Assembly (NCBI GenBank): GCA_023150455.1
Contig: JAKLKW010000001.1
Span: 74,907-138,906 of the forward strand
DNA length: 64,000 nt
Origin: Alphaproteobacteria bacterium
GTDB taxonomy: Bacteria; Pseudomonadota; Alphaproteobacteria; JAEULC01
Direction of reading: 5' to 3'
The notes under the pieces were generated by a model. It was not told the origin of the DNA. It did not search any database and saw only the letters and a list, made by a program, of their open reading frames with translations. This document shows positions 9,234 through 16,868 of the stretch, in pieces. A program made the position numbers and the translations under genes. Position 1 is the stretch's first letter, and every line of letters starts with the position of its first letter.

Positions 9234-11234
9234 TCAGTCCAGCCTGACCGCGTGCCTCGGCCGGCCCCAGTCGGCGGCGCGGGCGGCGGCGCGCTCGACG
9301 TCTTCCTGCAGCATCAGCCCGTCGGCGACGAGCCGCTGCGCGGCCTGGGTGATCGCGCGCACATAGCCTTCCTTGCTGGCGTAGCGCTCGAGCACCGAGC
9401 GGCGCGGGTCGCCGGTGCGGTCGCGCTCCTCGGGCGTGTCGGCGAAGGCGATCGTGCTTCCCACGATCGGGCCCATGGTGCCGTAGCCCAGGCCCGGAGC
9501 ACGCATGTTCCAGCCGGCATAGGTCGCGAGCGGTGCGGCGACCATCGGCGCGCGCACGCCGGCGATGTCGTTGCCGTCCTGGTCGACCGCCGGCACCAGC
9601 ACGGCATAGCGCTTGCCGGCGATCACGTCCGGTGGCTCCTTCGTGATCACGCCGCGGTCGATGTCGGGGCCGAAATCCAGCAGGTCGAGCTTGCTGGGGC
9701 CACGCGGGATCACGGCGCCGGGGATGGCGGGGAACTGCTGGCGCCATTCCGCGGCGGGTACGAGCGAGCCGTCGGCGCGGCGCGGGTGGCGGCTCGGCGG
9801 CGGCGCCTTGCCGGTCGTGGCCCAGCGGTCGAGGTTGTCGAGCGCGGCACGGAACAGCATCGAGGTCACGACCACGTTGGCCGGGTAGAGGCAGATGCCG
9901 CGCGGCGGCTCTTTCATCTGCGGATCGGCGTAGTGCTGCGAGCTCGCCCACATGTAGACGCGCACCGTGTCGGGCAGGGCGATGTCGTTGCCTTGCGTGT
10001 CGGTCACGACCAGCGAGCCGCGCCGCATCCAGTACTCGGTCGCCGTGTCGGTGTGGATGACCAGCGGGTCGGTGTCCGGACGCTTGAGGATCGCGTCGGT
10101 GCGGCCGGTCAGGTGGTCGGTCGTGCGCGCATAGGAGAAGGGGAAGCGGTCGACCGGCGTGAAGTGGTTCTCGTATTCCTGGCCCGGCAGCGGCATGATG
10201 GCGGCGAAGCGGTGGTTCATCCACATCCGGCCGCCGCCGGCCACGTGCGGCATCACGCCGTCGAATACGCGCCGCCCGGCCGCGTCGGCGTTGAACCCCA
10301 GGTAGACGAAGTCGCGGATGCATCTTCCGGTCTGCGAGCGGCCCCAGGCATAGGCCTTCTCGATGCCCTTGCCCAACGGATTGCCGCCCTCGGCGTGCTT
10401 CAGGAAGCTGACGAACTCGCGTACCGCGACGTGACCCAGGCCGAGGATGACCGGATCGCGCGCGGTGTAGACCAGCTCGTAGATCCAGCCGGGTTCGAAG
10501 CCCTTCTCGACGTAGATGTAGTCGTCCGCCGGGATGACGGCGCGCTCGCGTCCGCCGCCGTCGACCGTCGTCCCCTGCTCCAGCCGGGCGAAGGACCAGG
10601 CGCCGGGCGCGACCGGCTCGCGCCGGCTGTCCGCGTAGCGGCGGCGCGTGAGCTGCGCCTTGGTCGTATCGCGCGACACGGTCGGATAGCAGCGCGCCGC
10701 CGCCTGGCCGCTCAGGGGCAGGGAGAAGACGTTCGGCTCGCTGACGATGTACTCGACGCGCACCGGGCCGGTGATGGACTTGCCCTTGTCGGTGGCGACC
10801 GGCAGGTCGATCAGCACGCGCCCTTCGCCCGGCTGCAGGTCGCCCTGCCAGCCGAGCCAGGCGACAGTGTAGCCGCGGCGCATCAGGAAGCCGTTGCCGG
10901 CATGCTCCGGCGCGCTCGGCGCGTTCGAGCCGATCGCGTCGTTGAAGAACTGCAGGCAGCGCTTGTTGCCGCGGTTGCCGTAGTCGAAGAACACCCGGCG
11001 GTTGCCGCGCGCCATGTCCACCGGCTTCAGCAGCGCGAAGTCGGCGGCGAAGCGCAACTTGCCGTCGCCGCCGACCGGCGCGAAGGCGATGTCGGTCACC
11101 GCCTGCAGGTCGGGCGATTTCGGGTCGAGCGCGAACTCGGCGCGGCCGGTCAGGTACTCGTAGGCACCGGCGTCGGCGAAGGCCTGGCCGCCGGCGAAGG
11201 CGGCGCGGGAAGTGATGGTGAGGGTGAGGAGCAT
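9234..11234 (-). CDS. Conserved hypothetical protein of about 665 aa (alpha/beta-hydrolase-domain-like family)
   Basis: Long GC3-rich ORF not attributable to a partner-strand gene; start placed at the second in-frame ATG (MLLTLTIT...) because 11288 would be longer; no detectable signal peptide; family assignment from memory only. Confidence 0.55.
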   Translation of the reverse strand: MLLTLTITSRAAFAGGQAFADAGAYEYLTGRAEFALDPKSPDLQAVTDIAFAPVGGDGKLRFAADFALLKPVDMARGNRRVFFDYGNRGNKRCLQFFNDAIGSNAPSAPEHAGNGFLMRRGYTVAWLGWQGDLQPGEGRVLIDLPVATDKGKSITGPVRVEYIVSEPNVFSLPLSGQAAARCYPTVSRDTTKAQLTRRRYADSRREPVAPGAWSFARLEQGTTVDGGGRERAVIPADDYIYVEKGFEPGWIYELVYTARDPVILGLGHVAVREFVSFLKHAEGGNPLGKGIEKAYAWGRSQTGRCIRDFVYLGFNADAAGRRVFDGVMPHVAGGGRMWMNHRFAAIMPLPGQEYENHFTPVDRFPFSYARTTDHLTGRTDAILKRPDTDPLVIHTDTATEYWMRRGSLVVTDTQGNDIALPDTVRVYMWASSQHYADPQMKEPPRGICLYPANVVVTSMLFRAALDNLDRWATTGKAPPPSRHPRRADGSLVPAAEWRQQFPAIPGAVIPRGPSKLDLLDFGPDIDRGVITKEPPDVIAGKRYAVLVPAVDQDGNDIAGVRAPMVAAPLATYAGWNMRAPGLGYGTMGPIVGSTIAFADTPEERDRTGDPRRSVLERYASKEGYVRAITQAAQRLVADGLMLQEDVERAAARAADWGRPRHAVRLD

Positions 11235-11288
11235 AGGACGTCCGAGAAGATGGGGCCTTATTGTGCGGAATCGTTCCCCCTCACCCAA

Positions 11289-11440
11289 CTCCGGCTAAGC
11301 GCGCCCTTCGCTTCGCTGCGGACGCGCTAAGCCTTCGTATCCCTCTCCCCCCGCTTCGCGGGTGGCGAGGGCAGGACCTTTGAACCCTCGCCCGCCGGAG
11401 GCGGGAGGGTGGGGGCCGGCGCAGAACAAAAGTGTCTGCG
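11289..11440. repeat. REP-like G/C-rich palindromic intergenic element (two short hairpins CCCGC-TTC-GCGGG and CCCGCC-GGA-GGCGGG flanked by CCCTC/GAGGG arms)
   Basis: Seen directly: ccctcaccc...ccctctccccccgcttcgcgggtggcgagggcagg...ccctcgcccgccggaggcgggagggtggggg between two convergent/tandem minus-strand genes. Confidence 0.4.
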
Positions 11441-11459
11441 ACGAACTGCAAGCCAAGGA

Positions 11460-12389
11460 CTACGCCGACTTCGCGCGCTTCGGCTTCTCGAGTTTCGGCC
11501 GGTTGGCGAGGGCCTTCTTGACGACGGCCTCGACGCGCGCGCGCTCTTCGCCGGCCAAGGGCAGGCGCGGGGGGCGGCAGCGGTCGTTGCTGTCGATCAC
11601 CAGCGCCTCGACCAGCTTGATGTTCTGCACGAGCTTGGTGGAGACGTCGAGGTCGAGCAGCGGCTGGAACCAGCGATAGACGGCGAGCGCCTCGTCCATG
11701 CGGCCGGCGCGCGCCAGGTTCCACACCGCCATGGTCTCGTCGGGGAAGGCGCACACCAGGCCCGCGACCCAGCCGACCGCGCCCATGGCGAGGCTCTCCA
11801 GCGCCAGGTTGTCGACGCCGGTGAAGATGCGATAGCGGTCGCCCGTGAGGTTGATGATCTTGGTCACGCGCCGCACGTCGTCGGACGATTCCTTGACCGC
11901 GACGAACAGCGGATCGGCGGCGAGCTCGGCCAGCACCGGCGGCGTCAGGTCGACGCCGTAGGCGACCGGGTTGTTGTAGATCATGACCGGCAGGCCGCCG
12001 GCCTTCGCCACGGCGCGGAAATGCGCCACGGTCTCGCGCGGGTCAGACTTGTAGGGCAGGCCGGGCAGCACCATGAACCCGGCCGCTCCCGCCTTGGCAC
12101 CGGCCTCGGCCATCGCCTGGGCGCGCCGTGTCGAGCCGTCGCACACCGTCAGCAGCACCGGGACGCGGCCCTTGGCGACGCGCAGCGCCGTCTTCAGCAC
12201 CTCGAGCTTCTCCTCGGAGTCGAGCGTCGAGGCCTCGCCCAGCGAGCCGCAGACGATCAGCCCGTGCACGCCGGCGTCGACCTGCAGCGCGAAGCAGCGC
12301 TCCATCTCGGCGACGTCCAAGCGATCGGCTGTCGTGAACTTGGTCGTCACGGCAGGGAACACGCCCTGCCAGGTGCTCTTCGATGCCAC
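11460..12389 (-). CDS. Dihydrodipicolinate synthase family lyase (DapA/NAL-family class I aldolase)
   Basis: 309 aa; DHDPS-family layout (..GLIVCGSLGE..; K-containing strand VAVKESS), typical size and composition. Confidence 0.8.
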   Translation of the reverse strand: MASKSTWQGVFPAVTTKFTTADRLDVAEMERCFALQVDAGVHGLIVCGSLGEASTLDSEEKLEVLKTALRVAKGRVPVLLTVCDGSTRRAQAMAEAGAKAGAAGFMVLPGLPYKSDPRETVAHFRAVAKAGGLPVMIYNNPVAYGVDLTPPVLAELAADPLFVAVKESSDDVRRVTKIINLTGDRYRIFTGVDNLALESLAMGAVGWVAGLVCAFPDETMAVWNLARAGRMDEALAVYRWFQPLLDLDVSTKLVQNIKLVEALVIDSNDRCRPPRLPLAGEERARVEAVVKKALANRPKLEKPKRAKSA

Positions 12390-12541
12390 GTTTCACCCCC
12401 TTGGGACGGCTAACTGGGACAATTCTTAGCAAGATTGTCGATTTTATACAATATGCAATCCAGCGGTCCGACGTCCGGACGAGCGGTGCGTGGGGCTTGC
12501 ATGCTGGTTCCGACTAGAATCGCGGCAACGATCGGGAGAAA

Positions 12542-12978
12542 GCCATCAGCACGCGCACCGAGCCCCCGTTTCGCGCCGACCATGTCGGCAGTCTGCTGCG
12601 CCCGCAGAAGCTGCTGGACGCGCGCGAGCGGCGCAAGCGTGGCGAGATTACCGCCGAGGCGCTCGCCAAAGTCGAGGACACGGCGATCCGCGACGCCGTC
12701 CGGCTTCAGGAGGACATCGGTCTCGACTCCGTCACCGACGGCGAGTTCCGCCGCACCTGGTGGCATCTCGACTTCCTGGAGAAGTTCGACAACGTCACGG
12801 TCATCCCGCCGCGCGTCAAGGTGAAGTTCCACACGCACGAGGGCGACATCGAGCTGGAGCCGCCGGGACTGCGAGTCGACGGCAAGCTCGACCGCGGCAA
12901 GCCGATCTTCGTCGACCACTTCCGCTTCGTGAAGACGGCCACGCGGAAGACGCCCAAGCAGACCATTCCGTCGCCCAG
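12542..12978 (+). pseudogene. Remnant of a cobalamin-independent methionine synthase II family (MetE-like, about 370 aa when intact) gene: N-terminal roughly 145 codons only
   Basis: Frame translates to TRTEPPFRADHVGSLLRPQKLLDARERRKRGEITAEAL..IRDAVRLQEDIGLDSVTDGEFRRTWWHLDFLEKFDNV...KPIFVDHFRFVKTATRKTPKQTIPSPS, matching the conserved N-terminus of this family. Similarity stops after IPSPS and the frame runs into unrelated sequence. No ATG/GTG/TTG at the expected start (GGGAGAAAGCC-ATC-AGC, ATC where ATG is expected). Confidence 0.6.
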
Positions 12979-13026
12979 CTCAGGCTCGTGGTCGAGACCG
13001 CGCGCGAGGTCTGGGGCGGCTGACAG

Positions 13027-13326
13027 TCAGAACGTCTGCCCGGCCAGGCTTGCCGGCAGCGAGATCGGAGCGTCACCGGCCGCCAGCTGGCAGGTACGGC
13101 CGCTCGGGTGCCTCAGGATGAGCGACCAGTGCCCGTCCTCCGCGCGCACGGCCTCGACGGTGGCGCCGTGCGCCGTCATGGCGATGGCACCGGGCTTGTC
13201 GAGATGCCGCTCCTTGATCTGCGCCAGGAGGTCGCCGCGTTCGATGCAGGGTGCGGGTTGAGCCAGGACCGGCGCCGCGAGCGACATCGCCATGGCCAGC
13301 AGCATGGCGGCGAATCGACACGTCAT
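13027..13326 (-). CDS. Small secreted hypothetical protein (99 aa, Sec signal peptide MTCRFAAMLLAMAMSLAAPVLAQ)
   Basis: Clear N-terminal signal peptide with AxA-like cleavage site; no recognisable family. Confidence 0.4.
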   Translation of the reverse strand: MTCRFAAMLLAMAMSLAAPVLAQPAPCIERGDLLAQIKERHLDKPGAIAMTAHGATVEAVRAEDGHWSLILRHPSGRTCQLAAGDAPISLPASLAGQTF

Positions 13327-13798
13327 GGGGTCCTCCTGCTTGATGGGCCGTCAACCGGCGATCCGGTTCCGGATGTCGGATATCGTTGTTCCACGGCCGT
13401 GATTTCACCCTGAAACGCGTGGCTTCCCCGGCGGTTCCGGCGATGCCACGGGCGGTGCGGTGCAACGCCGCGGCGAGTCGTGCGTTTGCGATGCAGCAAT
13501 GACGGGAGAACACGCATGCACGGCAGGGCGAAATCGGGAGCGCAACGGATCGAAGAAGACAACGAGGCCGCCGATGGCCGCGGCAAGGCGCCTCGCGTCG
13601 AGGCCTTCGTCATCGGCCAGGTGGCCGGCCGGCCGCTTTATCTCGTGATCGGCGAGGACGCCGAGCATCGCCTCGCCGCTGGTCTGCCCTTCAACGACGG
13701 CTGAGGCCGGCGGCGCTGAAACCAATCTGTGTCCGGACCGTTTGCCGACCGCGCGGCGCCCGGGGCGGTGGCGCGCCGATCATGTGAGGAGCGACGCA

Positions 13799-14119
13799 AT
13801 GGCGACAGCAACACGACGCACGCGCGGCAAGACGAAGGCGCGGTCCAGGGCAAAGGCCCGTTCGGCCAGCCGGCGCGGGACCGCCGCGCCAACCGCGCGC
13901 GGCGCAGCGCAGGTCGGGCGCGTCACCAAGCAGGCGAAGCGGCGCGCGGCTCGCCGACGGGCGGCAAAGAAGGCCTCGCCGCGGCGCGCGACCAGGGCGG
14001 CCGCGACCCGGCGAGCATCGAAGTGCAAGCCGGGCCGCAAGCGCGACAGCGCGGTCTCCAGCCTGATGAGGACCCTGTTCGGCCCGGCCATCGGCTCGAA
14101 CCGCGACCGCGCCGAATAG
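13799..14119 (+). CDS. Small highly basic Ala/Arg/Lys-rich protein (about 106 aa), histone-H1-like or nucleoid-associated-like low-complexity protein
   Basis: GAGGAG SD 8 nt upstream of ATG 13799; sequence MATATRRTRGKTKARSRAKARSASRRGTAAPTARGAA...KRRAARRRAAKKASPRRATRAAATRRASK; GC3-rich codons. Could also be a GC-driven artefact. Confidence 0.4.
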   Translation: MATATRRTRGKTKARSRAKARSASRRGTAAPTARGAAQVGRVTKQAKRRAARRRAAKKASPRRATRAAATRRASKCKPGRKRDSAVSSLMRTLFGPAIGSNRDRAE

Positions 14120-14217
14120 AGGCCGGCTCCCGGCGCGCAGCTTTCAGCGGTCCGGCTGATGCCTGACCGCCGATGGCCGGGCGCTGGTATTGTAGGGGCC
14201 GCACCAAGGGGGACCGG

Positions 14218-15216
14218 ATGCGGCGCAAGGCGGCGTTCTTCTACAACTACCCGGCGGCGGACGGGGACGTGTACGGGCAAGGCCGGCGCGAGCGCGTGGC
14301 GGCGCTGGCCGAGCTCTATCCGCACGTCGTCTATGCCGGGAATTTCGACCAGCATGCGGCCGGCCTCGACGAGGTCGAGGCGATCTTCGCCACCTGGGGC
14401 ATGATCCGCTTCGAGGAGCGGCATTTCCGCGCCATGCCCAGGCTGAAGGCCGTGTTCTACGCCGCCGGCAACGTCAAGGCCTTCGCCGAGCCGCTGGTGG
14501 CCCGCGGCGTCGTGCTGGTCAGCGCCTGGGAGGTCAACGCGATCCCGGTCGCCGAGATGTGCCTGTCGCAGATCCTGCTGTCGCTGCGCGGCTATTTCCG
14601 CGCCGTGCGCCGCTATCGCGAACTGAGGACGTTCGCGGCGAAGGATTTCCGCCGCGCCGGTGTCAACGGCGAGACCGTCGGCATGATCGGCATGGGCAGG
14701 ATCGGCACGCGCCTGACGCGCCTATTGTCGGCCTATCCGCTGCGGGTGATTGCGCATGACCCGTTCCTGACCGAGGAGCGGGCAGCGGCGCTCGGGGTCG
14801 AGCGCGTGTCGCTCGATCAGGTGTTCCAGCGCTCGGGCGTCGTCTGCAACCACATCCCCGATCTTCTGTCGACGCGCGGCGTGCTGACGGCGCGGCATTT
14901 CCGCTCGATGTGCGAGGGCGCGAGCTTCGTCAACACCGGCCGCGGCGCGCAGGTCGTGGAGAGCGATCTTGCCGCCGTGCTCGGCGAGCGCCCCGACCTG
15001 ACCGCGCTGGTCGACGTCACCTGGCCGGAGCCGCCGCCGCCGGACTCGCCGCTCTGGACGCTGCCCAACCTCGTCATCAGCCCGCATGTCGGGGGCACGA
15101 TCGGCGACGAGGTCGTGCGACTGGCCGACTGCGTCATCGACGAATACGAGGCGTGGTCCGCCGGTCGGCCGCTCGAGCACCAGGTCACGGCCGAGGTGCT
15201 GGCGACGATGGGCTAG
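14218..15216 (+). CDS. D-isomer-specific 2-hydroxyacid dehydrogenase family NAD-binding oxidoreductase
   Basis: Rossmann motif GMIGMGRIGTRL; typical 2-HADH layout and length (332 aa); SD AAGGGGGA upstream of ATG 14218. Confidence 0.8.
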   Translation: MRRKAAFFYNYPAADGDVYGQGRRERVAALAELYPHVVYAGNFDQHAAGLDEVEAIFATWGMIRFEERHFRAMPRLKAVFYAAGNVKAFAEPLVARGVVLVSAWEVNAIPVAEMCLSQILLSLRGYFRAVRRYRELRTFAAKDFRRAGVNGETVGMIGMGRIGTRLTRLLSAYPLRVIAHDPFLTEERAAALGVERVSLDQVFQRSGVVCNHIPDLLSTRGVLTARHFRSMCEGASFVNTGRGAQVVESDLAAVLGERPDLTALVDVTWPEPPPPDSPLWTLPNLVISPHVGGTIGDEVVRLADCVIDEYEAWSAGRPLEHQVTAEVLATMG

Positions 15217-15232
15217 ACCAAAAGAAAGACCG

Positions 15233-15649
15233 CTATCGCGAATTCCGCAGCGCGCGCTTGAGGCCGCGCAGCTGGCCGCCCACGGCGGCGCGGGCGGTCC
15301 GCTCGATCGCGCGGTAGCGCTGCACGATCTCGCGGCCGATCGGCGTCAGGCCCGACCCGCCGCCCTGGGCGCCGCCGTGCTGCGTCGCGACGACCGGGTC
15401 GCGGAAGGCCTGCTTCATGCCTTCGACCAGCAGCCAGGCGCGCCGGTACGAGATGCCCATCGCCTTGGCCGCCGCGGTGATCGAGCCGTGCCGCTCGATC
15501 AGCTCGAGCAACCGGATCTTGCCGGGTCCGAGCGCGCCGTGCTCGCCGAAGGCGACGCGCACCATCAGCCGTAGGTCGTCTCCCGGAATGACAAGCTCGT
15601 CCGCGCCATCATCGAGCTGCGGCTTCCCGGCGGAACGTCTTGCGGCCAT
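15233..15649 (-). CDS. ModE-N-terminal-domain-like winged-helix transcriptional regulator (molybdate-regulator/LysR-type HTH family, about 138 aa)
   Basis: HTH segment LLELIERHGSITAAAKAMGISYRRAWLLVEGM characteristic of the ModE N-domain; start taken at internal ATG (MAARRSAGK...). Confidence 0.65.
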   Translation of the reverse strand: MAARRSAGKPQLDDGADELVIPGDDLRLMVRVAFGEHGALGPGKIRLLELIERHGSITAAAKAMGISYRRAWLLVEGMKQAFRDPVVATQHGGAQGGGSGLTPIGREIVQRYRAIERTARAAVGGQLRGLKRALRNSR

Positions 15650-15786
15650 GCTCTCTCCATTGCGGCGCGGAATCCTACACCGCGTGCGACGGTTCTGGAA
15701 CACGGCCACCCTTTCGTACCACCGGGCTTGCTCCCCGCAACCGGCTGAGCCACTGTGCGCGGCCCTCGAGAAGAAAAGGCCGCACG

Positions 15787-16788
15787 ATGCCGGTCCCGGC
15801 GAGCAAGCGCGACCCCGATCCCATCCAGGAGATGCGCATCAGCCATGGCACGATGGCAGCGTCGGTGCTGACCTTCGGCGCGGCCATTCGCGACCTGATC
15901 GTTCCCCTGCGCCGCGGTACGCGGCGCGTCGTGCTGGGCTTCGACGACCCCGAGAGCTATCGCGGCAATCCCGCCAATCTCGGCGTCGTGGTCGGACGCT
16001 GCGCCAACCGGATCGCCGACGGTCGCTTCGTGCTGGACGGCCGCGAATACCGCCTGCCCATGAACGAAAAGGGGCGCACGCATCTGCACGGCGGCTCGCC
16101 CGGGTTCGGCCATCGCTCCTGGCGGCTGATCGAGTCCGGAACGGCGCATGTGCTGCTCGCCCTCGACTCGCGCAACGGCGAGCAGGGCTATCCCGGCGAG
16201 GTCGAGGCGACCTGCCGCTACAGCCTGGAGGCGCCGGCGACGTTGCGGGTGGAGCTGCGCGCGCGCACGACGGCGCCGAGCCCGGTCAACCTGGCGCAGC
16301 ATTCCTATTTCACCCTGGTCGAGACGGGCGACATCCGCGCTCACGTGCTGACGCTCGACGCCGACCACTACACGCCGACGGACGACCGGCTGATCCCGAC
16401 CGGCACGATCGCGCCCGTCGCCGGCACGCCCTACGATTTCCGCGCGGCGCGCGCGATCGGCGCGTCGGGGCACCGCTACGACATCAACATGGTCCTGCGT
16501 GGCGCAGCGGGCGTGCTCCGGCACGCGGCACGCGTGGAAGCGCCGGCGCGCGACCTCACGATGGAGCTGTGGACCACCGAGCCGGGCCTGCAGCTCTACG
16601 ACAGTGCCAATCTGGCGCCGGGCGCGCGCGGCATCGGCGGCCAGCGCCATTTCCCGCATGCCGGCCTGTGCCTGGAACCCCAGCGCTTTCCCGACTCCGT
16701 CAACCACCCGAACTTCCCGCCAGTCGTGCTGCGTCCGGGCGAGGAGTATCGCCAGTTCACCGAGTACCGGTTCTCCGTGCCGGAGTGA
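15787..16788 (+). CDS. Aldose 1-epimerase (galactose mutarotase family)
   Basis: Mutarotase-family blocks (..NEKGRTHLHGG.., ..QGYPGEVEA.., ..VNLAQHSYF.., C-terminal ..PQRFPDSVN..); start at the ATG (MPVPASK) within ORF 15640. Confidence 0.8.
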   Translation: MPVPASKRDPDPIQEMRISHGTMAASVLTFGAAIRDLIVPLRRGTRRVVLGFDDPESYRGNPANLGVVVGRCANRIADGRFVLDGREYRLPMNEKGRTHLHGGSPGFGHRSWRLIESGTAHVLLALDSRNGEQGYPGEVEATCRYSLEAPATLRVELRARTTAPSPVNLAQHSYFTLVETGDIRAHVLTLDADHYTPTDDRLIPTGTIAPVAGTPYDFRAARAIGASGHRYDINMVLRGAAGVLRHAARVEAPARDLTMELWTTEPGLQLYDSANLAPGARGIGGQRHFPHAGLCLEPQRFPDSVNHPNFPPVVLRPGEEYRQFTEYRFSVPE

Positions 16789-16868
16789 AGGCGCGGGCGG
16801 TGCCATACGCTTGACGCCTGCCGTCCGCCTGTGGCCGAGTGCCGGGGTCAAGGCGGGGGACAGTGTCC

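Noticed and set aside
9252-11330. 692-aa plus-strand ORF
   Set aside because: Antisense to the 9234..11234 gene; extreme Arg/Ala/Gly/Asp composition; I kept the minus-strand frame because its translation is compositionally protein-like, but strand choice here is the least certain in the window.
13780-14424. 214-aa minus-strand ORF
   Set aside because: Antisense to the basic-protein ORF and to the 5' end of the 2-hydroxyacid dehydrogenase; no features.
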